This document shows positions 1-11,200 of a stretch of 64,000 bases of DNA, in pieces. A model generated the notes under the pieces. That model had not been told where the DNA came from and did no database searches. It saw nothing but the letters and a program-made list of their open reading frames with translations. The stretch covers positions 186,001 to 250,000 of the forward strand of contig OX337240.1 in the NCBI GenBank assembly GCA_946965045.2, written 5' to 3'. The number at the start of each line of letters is the position of its first letter. Position 1 is the first letter of the stretch. Source of the stretch: Epithemia pelagica. Its lineage: Eukaryota > Protista > Bacillariophyta. The translations under genes were made by a program, and so were the position numbers.

Positions 1-125
1 CCACCACCACCACCTTCTCCAAACCAGCAAGCAAAACCACTCAACCTAATCGTCGTGGCATTGAAGTTTGGACCACCCCTTGCATTGTAACCTGTTTTGG
101 CCAACAGTTGTTGGCGCAGTGTAGC

Positions 126-964
126 ATGTTGCTCAATCCGGCCAATCCGCAATTGTCGGGGTTGTCGCAATTTCCCTATTTTCCGCGAGGAGGTCCCGTG
201 CCAGCTTCCGACATAAAACCATGCACAAGGATTGGCAACCCTTGGGCCATGTCAGTGCGTGGGGTGGCATGGAAGTGGGATCGGGCATGATGTATGCCGT
301 GTCCGTCATTGATGGCCTCGTCCATCAATTGGGAGGATGGAAATTGCGAGCCGCCTGTCAGTGGCATCAACTACAAGCGCATGTGCGACAATCCAGTGGA
401 TTCTGGGGCGAGAAACCGGACCACCACACTACTTCCACGACCACTCCTACTCAATCGTCGTCGTCGTCGTCCCAACGTCCCATGGTCGAGGCGTGTCCCA
501 TGGGACACGTGGTAGAAACCACGCAGGCCTGCGACGCCTTGCTCCACCACTCTGCCGCCATTTGGCATACTGCACCGCCTTTTTGTCGGCATCACGACCA
601 GCCGGAACAGCGTCTCGCCCAGCAATCGGCCTTGAATCATCACCACCATTCCACCAACCAGAACAACCACAACAATAAGGAAATTCGATTGGCCGTGCCC
701 TTGGTGGGTGCCGGTGCACGAGGATTTTCCGTCGACGTGGCGATTCACGTTGCGGCGCAAGTCTGTGCCGATTGGATGTTGGAACATACAGCCACCACCA
801 ACGACAAGGATAGCAAGAAGAAGGACAATTCTCCACACACGGACCATGTTGGTACCATCACCTACACCACGGTCGTATTTGGACTCTTGGAACCAGCCCA
901 TGCCAAACAAGTGGTGGCCGCTCTGACGGGGAGATTTGAATCACAACCACATGAAGAAGAATGA
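126..964 (+). CDS. Macrodomain (ADP-ribose-binding/hydrolase-like) protein; 1-nt frameshift near 215; true start uncertain
   Basis: Frame 126-218 gives LLNPANPQLSG (cf. macro VNAAN). Frame 221-964 gives VIDGLVHQLGG, CPMGHVVET, IWHTAPP and LAVPLVGAGARGF, which match macro motifs in order. One extra A in the AAAA at 215-218 would join the frames. Confidence 0.7.
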
Positions 965-1541
965 TTGAATCGATTGGCCGTGCTCTTGGTGGGTGCCGGT
1001 GCACGAGGATTTCCCGTCGACGTGGCGATTCACGTTGCGGCGCAAGTCTGTGCCGATTGGATGTTGGAACATACAGCCACCACCAACGACAAGGATAGCA
1101 AGAAGAAGGACAATTCTACACACACGGCAACCATGTTGGTACCATCACCAACACCATGGTCGTATTTGGACTCTTGGAACCAGCCCATGCCAAACAAGTG
1201 GTGGCCGCTCTGACGGGGAGATTTGAATCACAACCACATGAAGAAGAATGATTGAATCGATTGGCCGTGCCCTTGGTGGGTGCAGGTGCACGAGGATTTC
1301 CCGTCGACGTGGCGATTCACGTTGCGGCGCAAGTCTGTGCCGATTGCATGTTGGAACATACAGCCACCACCAACGACAAGGATAGCAAGAAGAAGGACAA
1401 TTCTCCACACACGGACCATGTTGGTACCATCACCAACACCATGGTCGTATTTGGACTCTTGGAACCAGCCCATGCCAAACAATTGGTGGCCGCTCTGACG
1501 GGGAGATTGGAATCACAACCACATGAAGAAGAATGATTGAA
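685..1541 (+). repeat. Three tandem copies (285/287/285 bp) of the macrodomain gene 3' end including its stop codon
   Basis: Units 685-969, 970-1256 and 1257-1541 each start tcgattggccgtg and end gaagaatgattgaa; they differ by a few substitutions and a 2-bp indel. Confidence 0.95.
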
Positions 1542-3226
1542 GAAAAGGTGTGCTAGGTAGTTTTCCAAGTTTTCTCGTCACAGACTCTGCACCAAAACCT
1601 GAGGAACAACAGTTTTGTCGGTCGTGGACACTCCCGTATCGACTACCTATACTCCAAAACCCAAACAGTTGTGCAAGAAACAACCAGGAGAACGACCCAG
1701 AAGAACACGACTGTCCGACTCCTTCGATGGAACCATCTTCCCCACACTGCAACGGCACAAAACGATAAACCACCAACCATCCTCCATGGAGCAGCCGCAG
1801 CCAAATCATCCAGAGGACCAACCACCACATCAAGTGACGTCCTTTTCCCGCGTCTTGCAGCAATTACACAAGGCGTGTTGTCAGAGTGACCTGGACGATA
1901 CCACGACGTATCCCTGCATGTCTTTGCCGATCAACAAGGCTTGGTGGCTTTCAGTCATTATGATGTATGGTTGGGATTGGAACGATGGACAAAGCCACTC
2001 CGTCACGACAAGGCCCAACGATTGCAACAATTGCGGCAATTGCGGCAATTGGTACTCGACAATCACAACAACACGACTCCAACGACATCGACCAACCGTT
2101 GGTCGTCCTCGTCACCCCCACACGTCACATCGCACTCGTCGTCGCGTCATCACCGACAAGGCCCTTCGTGTCGCATCCCCTGTTATCCAGTCCACCGCCT
2201 AGTTCTGTTTCGGGTGGTGGTACAACGACGACAAGTACCATGGCACCCCCTTCGGCCTTTCATCATCAGTACGGCGATTCCCAAGTACCACCACAGGACA
2301 TGTCGTCGTCATCATTGTCGAGTGACGAATGGATTCGAGTCCAGTGCGAACGCATTAGTTTGCCCTCTCGACTCTTTTCCTTTTACATTGCCAATGCCCA
2401 ATTGGCCCAACGGCCTCCTGGAGCCGAAAGCAGTCGATGCCGACGAGAACGACGACATGTCCGGAAACGAAGCATGGACCAGTCCATGCACGTCTAAGAA
2501 CAAGAAGAAGAACAAGCAATGGTTTCGACTAGAGGGGAGGGACTGACTGTAATGAGGACGACGACTCGACCAGGACACGAGAATGCGTCGTGGTAGCAAG
2601 GTTGGACCTTTCTACAACGACTTGGTTGTTGTCGTCTCCTTCTTGGGGAAAAAAGAAAACAGTGTGCTGGACATGTGTGCAGGCACCACAGAACTGCAGA
2701 GTCTGTTGTACATTAATTTGAAACACATTGCTACCTAGAAAAAACCTTGATTCTACATGGGGATCCTGAAACACAAATCATTCTGCGCGTGAGTCTATCA
2801 TTCGCAATTACGGAAGAATCTCCTTTTCACCACCGTTCTTATACCATGGGAGAAACACTTGGAACAGATTTGCTTCCAAACAACCCCAAGAAGAATATGT
2901 TGTAGGAGCTGCCAAAAGTCTGTGTGGATCGTTCTTTGCACTCTCCTGGAGTACATGGTCTCATCTTGTGTGGTACGTACCGTTGTTTCATCGACACAGT
3001 GTGCAACCTGGTAGAAATTAGGATCTTGGTATAAACTATGATAGTATTATTCTCTGCTGTAATGAATGATTCTTCCACAACAACAACTAATTCATCTCCT
3101 GTACTTTTGCACCCATGGAGCAATACGATGAGTGATAGAGGATGGACTAAGTACTGGGAAAGTTTTTGCTCTCATTGTGGAAATGCGGCTTGCTAGTACG
3201 TTGTTATTTCTACAACTGTTTTTTAA

Positions 3227-3571
3227 TTAGGTATTGGGCCACTGCAAAAGTGCTTCGTTGTAGAGAGTCCGGAACGAATCGCAGCCACCAAGGCTCAACT
3301 TGATAGTAATGGTCATGGGCTCCAACGTCATTTGTGTATTGAGTGAGTATTGTGTCTTGATCGTGATGACACCTTTCACCATTGATCCACTGAGGGATTT
3401 CACACGTTTGTACTTGATCTGGTCGATCGAGCTAGCTGGAATGACCAGGTCTGGCAATGTGTCATCAAGTTTAGAACGATCGAAGGCACGGATAGATACT
3501 CTTGTTTTGTAGCTCTCTGTCAAGGAGCGCTGTAGTAGTAGAACTCCACGGTCAACCAGGAGTTTCCCATG
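3227..3571 (-). pseudogene. 3' part of a 179-aa host ORF (WBP2/GRAM-PH-like) split by the copia insertion
   Basis: Joins in frame with 12734-12928 across the GTCCC duplication (IKDGD|HGKLLVDRG). The C-terminus MVKGVI...TIKLSLGGCDSFRTLYNEAL resembles WBP2-like PH/GRAM domains; the family call is tentative. Confidence 0.6.
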
Positions 3572-3576
3572 GTCCC

Positions 3577-4079
3577 TGTCAGAGTCACTAGCATACACTG
3601 GGTATACTAATAGCTAGGGGAATACCGCGTAGTCGGGGTGGAGATTGATCAAGTCTCCACACCAACCTAGAAGTCTTTTGCGTTGCAAAAACTCCTGTAT
3701 CGATATAATGATTAAAGCTATAGAGTAAACAAAGTGATCTTGAGTTCCTCATTTTGATTCTTCGCTTTGGTTTCCAGGAATTGATCTGCTATCTTGCAAC
3801 GCACAGCTTGATTCAAATGGACGATAGTTATCTCATTTGTTGTTTGTTGTGTCATAGGTTAGTTAGCAAAACATGAGTGTCGTAGACACAAACGGCGAGT
3901 GGCCCGGCGTTCTGTGGCGCCAAAGCCCATCCTGCGCGTTATGCATGCGCGGATTCCGACATGTAGGCTTATATCATTGGGTCATGCAACACAAACTGCC
4001 AGTCGTGCAAATTCAATATTTCAAAAACACAAGTACAAATTTGGAAACGCGACTGGTGCTAAAAACATAAACTGCGACT
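3577..4079 (-). repeat. 3' LTR (503 bp)
   Basis: Identical to 12231-12733 except 3761 T vs 12415 C in my by-eye comparison. Contains a hairpin GTGGAGA-TTGATCAAG-TCTCCAC at 3638-3660. Confidence 0.98.
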
Positions 4080-4088
4080 CTCCCTCTT
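4080..4088 (-). promoter_or_regulatory. Polypurine tract
   Basis: AAGAGGGAG on the minus strand, immediately upstream of the 3' LTR. Confidence 0.8.
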
Positions 4089-4105
4089 GGGCTTGGTGTC
4101 ACAGG

Positions 4106-7100
4106 TCACCATCCTTGATTTAGTTTTCGGATGGTCTCAAAGGTTTCTCGAGCCAGACCTTTCGTGAGGATGTCGGCCCGTTGCAACTTGGTGTCGATTT
4201 TGGAAATCGTAATCGTTCGATCTTCCATATTGGATTTCGAGGACACAATGGTTGCGTTTGTGGCTTTCACCTGGGACCAAAACCAGTGCCACTTGTTGTT
4301 TAGCGAGCGAGATCGAGAGGTGAGACGTTGGTTGGTGGCCACAAGGTAAGCACTATTGTTGTCCTCATGGACTTCTGCAGTAATCTGTGGCACACTTGGA
4401 TTGATTCTCACACAAGAGTTTAACTCGTTCAAGACTTCTTGCAACCAGACTACAACTCGCATGGCTTGAGACAGAGCCACGTATTCGGAGTGAAAGGTGC
4501 TTGTTGCAATTTCGCTTTGCAATTGAGATTTCCAAACCAGAGGACTTCCCCCGAAGAAGATGATATACCCAGTTCGGGACTTGGCGCTTGTTGGATCATC
4601 TTCTGGTTCTCGGCCGTGCAGACCCATGAAGTCTGCATCGACATAACAATCAAGCCGATAATCTTTGCTTGGGCGAAAGATGGTGCCGTTGTCGATGGTC
4701 CGTGAGAGATATTGGATGATGGCTTTGACGGCTTGAGCGTGCGATTGTTTTGGATCATTGGAAAAACGTGCCACTTGGCTCACGGCAAACGTTATATCTG
4801 GCCGTGTGTTGGTGGAGAGATACAACAACATACCAACCACTGACCGATAGTTCCAATTGTCTTTCATGGGAGGGCCGTTGGGATCACTTCCCAATCCAAT
4901 CTGCGCTGCAGGGGTCCAATTTCCGTTGCAGTCTTCCATCTTTGTGGTTTGGAGGATGCGCTTGATTAAGCCGGGTTGAGTCATTACAATCTCGTCCTTG
5001 TTCCGCTTGAAATCGATTCCCAGGTATTCTGCGAAATCGGAGTCTTTTGACAATTCGAAACCTTTTGTTTTCAGTCGTTCAATGAATGCATCCACAAGAG
5101 TCATGGTGGGTGCAACGATGCCACAATCATCCACCCAAATAAAGAGAAGCATGTCTGGTTTCATGAAGAAACATTCGTCATAGTCGCTTTTCTTGAAACC
5201 ATCTTCCAAAAGAGCTTCAATGAGTTTTTCATACCATAATCTAGGGGCAATGGTCAAACCGTAGAGACTCTTCAGTAGACGTAGGCAGGTGGGTTCTGAG
5301 CGGGTTGACTTGAAACCAGGTGGTATGTGGATCCAGATGGGTTCCTTGAGTTTTGCCTGGACGAAGGCATTGCTGAAGTCTATGCATACCATTACCCATT
5401 GTTGACTTAGGGCGTAGATCATGCAAATTTGGATGATTGCCCAATTTACAACTGGTGAATAGGCGTCTGGTGCTTGTTCTTGAAGGTCGCCTCTCACGCA
5501 GTAGCGTCCTTTGTGCTTCTTGATTGTTCCATCGGCGTGGCGTTTTCGTTTGAAAACCCATGTGCCTGGTAGAATCTTGGTTTTGGCAGCCGACTGTGGC
5601 TCTTCAATCCATGTCTCTTTTTCTGTTAGCTCATCAATTTCTTGTTTTGCTGCCTTGCGCCAGTGAAGAAGGTCTGCATCTTTCAACGCTTGGTCGTAGC
5701 TCAGAGTGTCGGGGTCTACGATGGTTGCCTTGAAGAGTCCAATTGTGGCTTGAAAGGGTAGGTTGTCAAGAGTATCGACGTGGGCAAGGTAGGACTTGTG
5801 TGTGGGGTCCATGGATTCGACGAGACGATTGGGTGAGCGTCGGTTTCGGCCGGATCGACGAGGGGCTGGAGAGGCATGCTCCCTCTGGTTGGATGGCTCC
5901 CTCTGTTTGGTTGGCTCCCTCTGTGGCTTGTGTTCAGGTGGTTGTGATTTGGGGGCAGGAGGAGCCTGTGTTGGTGTACTCTCCCTCTGCTCCGTGGGCA
6001 TGGTCCAATCATCTTCAAGGGAAAGGGGAGGGATTTTGTGCGGTGCAGCCAAAGTGGTGGGAGGAGGATTGGTCGACATGCGCGACGGAGCATCGGCAGG
6101 CGACGACGGAACACTGGGTGGGGCAGACACTGGACGTGGAGTACTGACTGGGTGGGGCAAGGGAGGGGCAGCCGTGGTTGAAGTTGGTGGGACGGCAGGG
6201 GTGTCGTATTCCAGTGGAACAGGAGGGGTCGCGTTTTCCATGGCCTCAAAGATCTTGTTTTTGGTGAGTTCGGAGGCAGTGGCTTCGGGCGCGTCATTCG
6301 GAGAATCGTCGTCTGCTGATGGATCGTCGTATCCTGGTGAGTGCAGAATGTTGTCCATGTTTGCGAAGATTTGGTCAACTGTTGCATGTGGTGAGTGGGA
6401 GTTTTCGTTGGTTGCTGCCACTGTTGCAAACCAGTCGTCAAAGACAACGTGGTATTCCGGTGAGATTGTGCCCGTGTCGAGGTTAAGTACGAGTGGAGCG
6501 GTGAGTGCATGTTGTTGGGAGAATCCAACAAACATGCAGCGTTGACTTCTTGGCTTCCATCGTGGTAATTTCTTACCGTCTTGTATTGTTTTGTTCAGAA
6601 CATATGCCGGTGCACCCCAGACATGAAGATCGTGGAAGCGGCGTTGCTCCCATCTTGTCTTGGTGAAGAGGTCGATGGGGGAAATTCCTGTTTCAATCTT
6701 GGGGAGTCGGTTGTAGATGAAAACAGCATGGTCGACGGCCATGGGCCAAAGAGTTGGGTCTGCAACTTCGGGCCAATGGGTGGCGGCGTGTAACATCATG
6801 GTCCTTGCCATGGACATGATGGTTTGGATGCTGCGCTCTGCCACGCCATTGTGGTGGTGTGCGCCTACACCGGCAAAGCTTGTTACTTGCTGAAAGGCTT
6901 GCAGGTGCTCGGTGTATTTCTTCGAGGTGAAGGCGGTGCCATTGTCTGTGTGATATTGTTGAATGATCACTCCTTGGTTCTGACATCGTTGTTCGTATTC
7001 TGTTTTTGCTTTTAGTGTTTGGTGGGTGTTAAGGTGAGTTTGCATAGATACATCGATGTATCCACTTGCGTGGTCTACGAAAATGCATCCACCGCTAAGC

Positions 7101-8221
7101 ATTGCTTCTTCTTTGGTTTTACCTTTTGATGTGTAGAGGCGTCCTTTTGTCGAGCAGATGAAGTGGTCTGCTGAAACTTGTTGACCGGGAAAAAGGTGGT
7201 TCTTTTTCAGGGCTCCTTCTTTGTCTTGTATTTTGACGGTTTTCTGTCCTGGGGAGTGCCTGGTCTTTTGTTTTCCATAAAGACAAGCGGCACACAACGG
7301 AGGAGTTGTCAGTTTGCAGACGGCAGTGTGGAGTCGTCGTGACGACTCATCATTCGACAATACACCAGAGCGGAGAACAAACTGGACGACGCGGAAGGGT
7401 GCATGTCCAAGCCGGATGTGCCATTGGCTCCAGACCTTTTGTGGTGCTGAGAGGTTTATGTTTCGTTCGTCGACTGTGGTGACAGTGGCAACGAATGCAG
7501 AGACTGAACGGTTCACTCCTAGTCGGTGGTAGCAGATGCTTTTCGGTAAGTTGCTTTCGGCTTCGATTTCGACTTTTATTGGTCTTCGAGCAGGGTCGTT
7601 TCTCACACCGCTGAGTTTGAGTCCTTGTGGTTCGATTTTTATGGTTTCCCCTTGGTATCGTTGTAAGAGGCTGCTTGTACTGAGAAGCCGACAGCCAGCT
7701 GCGGGTATGTACAGAGCAAGGAGTTCGATGCATCTTAGCCGTCCATGGACGTCTTTGATGTACCATTCCACGACTCCTTGGCTTTCGACTTGTGCTCCTT
7801 CGACCAAACCTTGGACCTGATAGTCAGGAGGTACGTCCCTCACTTTGTTTGGAATGAAATCGCTCTTGTCGTTCGTGATGGAGACACTTGCGCCTGAATC
7901 CCAAATGAGGAGAAAAGCTTGTTTGTCTTCCATTTCTGACTGAAATTTTCGTGGATGATTGATTGCAGCTTGGAGCGCCAGATTTTGGCTCATGGTGTAA
8001 GCATGTGCCTGTATGGTGGTGGTGCTCATGAGTGATGGAAGTGGCTGTGGTCCTTGCAGTGGTCTAATCGTTGTCTTGTTTGTCCTGTCTCGTTTGTGTT
8101 TCTTACGGTTTCGTCGATGTTTTGGTTTCCGTGGTTTGGACTTTGGGTGAGATCGGTGTCGGTCGTGGTGGGAGCGAGGTTTCGGTGCCACAGCAATGGC
8201 ATGGGTTGGCTGGTATTCTCC
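4106..8221 (-). CDS. pol: Copia Pol polyprotein (protease, integrase, RT, RNase H); no ATG start, in frame with gag
   Basis: Protease WDSGAS; integrase H-H-C-C (HIRLGH..CAAC), VSADH, YHTDNG and GVAER; RT DFSNAF, LYGL and WVDD; RNase H YVDAD, EYVA, EDN and ADILTK. The ORF-track start at 8191 is a GTG. Confidence 0.97.
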   Translation of the reverse strand, partial: GEYQPTHAIAVAPKPRSHHDRHRSHPKSKPRKPKHRRNRKKHKRDRTNKTTIRPLQGPQPLPSLMSTTTIQAHAYTMSQNLALQAAINHPRKFQSEMEDKQAFLLIWDSGASVSITNDKSDFIPNKVRDVPPDYQVQGLVEGAQVESQGVVEWYIKDVHGRLRCIELLALYIPAAGCRLLSTSSLLQRYQGETIKIEPQGLKLSGVRNDPARRPIKVEIEAESNLPKSICYHRLGVNRSVSAFVATVTTVDERNINLSAPQKVWSQWHIRLGHAPFRVVQFVLRSGVLSNDESSRRLHTAVCKLTTPPLCAACLYGKQKTRHSPGQKTVKIQDKEGALKKNHLFPGQQVSADHFICSTKGRLYTSKGKTKEEAMLSGGCIFVDHASGYIDVSMQTHLNTHQTLKAKTEYEQRCQNQGVIIQQYHTDNGTAFTSKKYTEHLQAFQQVTSFAGVGAHHHNGVAERSIQTIMSMARTMMLHAATHWPEVADPTLWPMAVDHAVFIYNRLPKIETGISPIDLFTKTRWEQRRFHDLHVWGAPAYVLNKTIQDGKKLPRWKPRSQRCMFVGFSQQHALTAPLVLNLDTGTISPEYHVVFDDWFATVAATNENSHSPHATVDQIFANMDNILHSPGYDDPSADDDSPNDAPEATASELTKNKIFEAMENATPPVPLEYDTPAVPPTSTTAAPPLPHPVSTPRPVSAPPSVPSSPADAPSRMSTNPPPTTLAAPHKIPPLSLEDDWTMPTEQRESTPTQAPPAPKSQPPEHKPQREPTKQREPSNQREHASPAPRRSGRNRRSPNRLVESMDPTHKSYLAHVDTLDNLPFQATIGLFKATIVDPDTLSYDQALKDADLLHWRKAAKQEIDELTEKETWIEEPQSAAKTKILPGTWVFKRKRHADGTIKKHKGRYCVRGDLQEQAPDAYSPVVNWAIIQICMIYALSQQWVMVCIDFSNAFVQAKLKEPIWIHIPPGFKSTRSEPTCLRLLKSLYGLTIAPRLWYEKLIEALLEDGFKKSDYDECFFMKPDMLLFIWVDDCGIVAPTMTLVDAFIERLKTKGFELSKDSDFAEYLGIDFKRNKDEIVMTQPGLIKRILQTTKMEDCNGNWTPAAQIGLGSDPNGPPMKDNWNYRSVVGMLLYLSTNTRPDITFAVSQVARFSNDPKQSHAQAVKAIIQYLSRTIDNGTIFRPSKDYRLDCYVDADFMGLHGREPEDDPTSAKSRTGYIIFFGGSPLVWKSQLQSEIATSTFHSEYVALSQAMRVVVWLQEVLNELNSCVRINPSVPQITAEVHEDNNSAYLVATNQRLTSRSRSLNNKWHWFWSQVKATNATIVSSKSNMEDRTITISKIDTKLQRADILTKGLARETFETIRKLNQGW

Positions 8222-11200
8222 CTATGATGTGGTACAGAGACCGAGTGCTGATCGCAGCCATCGTCCAACAGAGCGGACCAAGGACATGCCAGAGTTTGGT
8301 GGAAGACATGTGACAATCAACCGGTGGGTGAGACAATCCACGGGTGAGTGGAGGGGACGCGACAAAGAGTGAACAATCTGCAAAGCAGCTGTAGCGCCTC
8401 CAAGACAGGAAAGGAGGTATGGGAGTGCCTTTCTTGGAGCCAGATGTGGACCAATATACAACAAACCAGTGCCGAGCAAACCGGTGAGAGCGCCTTGCTT
8501 CATGGTTATCATCAGTGATCTTGTAGAAGTCAGTGGTGGGAAGAATTGATGACGATTGGGATTAGAAGGAAGGTTCAGACGGAGTGGTTTCTTTTTCTTT
8601 CGTTTCGGTTTTGTCGTAAACTTGGTGGTCGCGACATGGGCGGCTGGTTTGCTGGGCAGGTTGGTCAGATGTTCGTCGTGGGAGTCCGGGGTGATGTCAT
8701 TTGGATTGATTTTGATGTCCATGGCATGACCAGGGAGTCCTTGTTTGTTCTGCTTGATGATGATGGCGCCATAGTCGGAGATGGTGGCCAACTCCCATGC
8801 TGTGTGCAGGGTACTGCTCAGACTTGGTGTTTCCATGCTGAGACGGCTGTGATGTACTTGCTCGTCTAGTTGGAGAGCGGTTAGTGCTTCCTTCAGTTTC
8901 TGTTGGAGAGAAGGTAGTTGTTGTTCTAAAGTCTTCTTCAAACGTGGATTTTCTTCTTTGTGATAGGCTGTGTGTGTGTGGATAAAGTGCTCCACTAGGC
9001 TCTCAATGTGGTCTTGACGGATGGCTGGGTCGTCTTCTCCCATCATTTGCCTTTGACGAGTTGCGAAGGGAATAATGGGAGAGGAGGGACGTTTCTTGGG
9101 GGCTGAGGGCTCGCCCGGCGCGTGGAAGAGTCGTGTTGGGGTGATGAACGACAGATCTAGGCTGTTGGGCGAGAGTGCACTGTTAGTACTGGGAGGCGTT
9201 TCCCACTCAATGGGGGATACTTCATCGTCTTGAATTGCCGGCATCTTCCTATCAGGTGTTGCTTGGTCTTGTTCATGGAAGTTGGGCGGTGCTTTTTGGT
9301 CTTGTTCTTGATTCACTGGACAGTCTGACGGAATTTTCGTGTGGATGTCAGTGTTCTGTGGATCTGCATTCTTGTCGAATGTGAATGTTGCTTCATAGAA
9401 GTCATACCAGGTGTCGTCGGTTCGTTCAGTTTCGCCGACATTTGAGTTGTTGTACTCTTTCCAAGGTGAGTTGATGGTTGCCACTTTGGCAGTGAGATTC
9501 AGTTTATTTAGATCTACGGTAAAGTCGATGTCCGGTGGTTCGGGTGCTGGATCTTGTTCTTCATCTGTCTCACTCTCGTTGTTTGTTTCGTTTGCCATCG
9601 TAGGTGGGCAGGCTCCGTCGTTGTTGTCATCATCGTGATCGTTGTCATCTGCTTCGTCGTCGGCGTCTCCATTTGGGTCGTCGTCGTCGGTGTCTTCATC
9701 TTCTTCCTCTTCGTCATCTTCGTCTTCATCGTCTTGGTCATTTTCTCTGTCGGCTGCATCGTTGTCGGTGGTGCTTGCGGTGTCACCTGTCTCGGTAGCT
9801 TCGTCGTAGGAGTCTTCTGGTGGATGAACAATGCGGTGCAGGTTCATGACGCGGCGTAGTTCATCCGTTGCAGCTTGGATGAAGGCTTGTCGGATGTTGG
9901 GTGGAAGAGCCATCAAATCTCGGTTTGGGGCGTTTGGATCGTTGTCTTCTTCTTCGTCCGATGATTCTGCGATTGAGAGGTCGTCAGGGTCAATGAATGT
10001 GAGGGGACGAAATGTTGCCGGAGCTTGATGAAGGCCATAGGGTGTGATTGGTCGTGGAACGAGAGGTGGGAGTTCGACCGATTCGTCGGTTTGGTCGGAA
10101 TCGACGTTCCTGAACAGAGAGGCCAAGTCTGGATCCTCTTTTTCGTCGTCTTGAAAGCGTGGAATCAGTGGAGGCGGTTCTGTGGTTGCGGAGCTTTCAT
10201 CGCTTGCATCGTTGGATTTGGAGTCGTCGCAACAATCAACCGGTCTCGTATCCAACAACATGTCGGTGGTTTCAACGGTGTTGTTGAGGAGAGACTCGTT
10301 TTGTGTGGTGTCTCGACGTTCTTCTCCCTCTGAAACAACAATCGACACATTATCATCATCATCTTCGGGGCCCGATGCGGAGAACGTGTCCCAGAACGAG
10401 TCAGGGATGGATGGCATGCTGTCGATGTCGTCTTGGGTTTGATCAGGAGCGACAGAGTCAAAATCTTCGACTGAGAGGAGGTTTCGGACGGGAAATCGTG
10501 CTGCCCAGGCGCCAGCATCAAGATCTAGGGAGATCATGTTTGCCTGAGGGGCTGTGATTCCGCCAGGGTTGGATGTTTTCTTGTTGGACTTGGAGTGCCC
10601 CTTGTAGTCATCCGAGTGCTGTGCCGTGGAGTGGGTGCCGGTCCATCGGCCACAGTGGGCGCACCAGTACCAAGTTTTCCCTTCGACTGTCTTCGTTTCG
10701 GACTGTCCTTGGGAGGGTGCTTGGTACTTCCAGTTGACGGAGGATCCCGAGTTTGATTTGATGGTTGTCTTGTTGTTGCTTCTGGAGGTGCGATTGGAGT
10801 TTCCCTTGGGTTTCTGGTTGAGAGATCCGCGACTGCCACCGCGCGAGTGTGCGCGTGGTCCGGAAGCTTGCTTGGAACTTTTGTGGGGACAATCTTTCGC
10901 CCAGTGGTCGAAACTGCCACAAATTAGACATGCTCCTTTCGACAAGGGGGTGTCGCCCATGTGTTGACGAAGGGCCATGGCTTGTACTTCCGAGAGGTTG
11001 GCAAAGGCTGCAGGAGGTGTCTTGGAGTCTTTGTTGTGGGTGGAAGCTGGCCATTTCTTGAGGTTCATGGCATCCATGTACAGAGCTTCGGCTTTGTCAC
11101 AGATGTGGGCAAAAGAGAGTCCTTCTTTATCAAGAGTATCTTGTTGGTCTTGTTCCGTCATGTATCGAATCTCGAGAATTCGTTGCTGAACTTGTGGGTA

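Noticed and set aside
1615-2546. Overlapping 176-201-aa ORFs
   Set aside because: No frame shows a recognisable domain or clear splice structure; not supportable as a gene.
3873-4123. Small ORFs inside the LTRs (also 12527-12747)
   Set aside because: Short, antisense to the element and without motifs.
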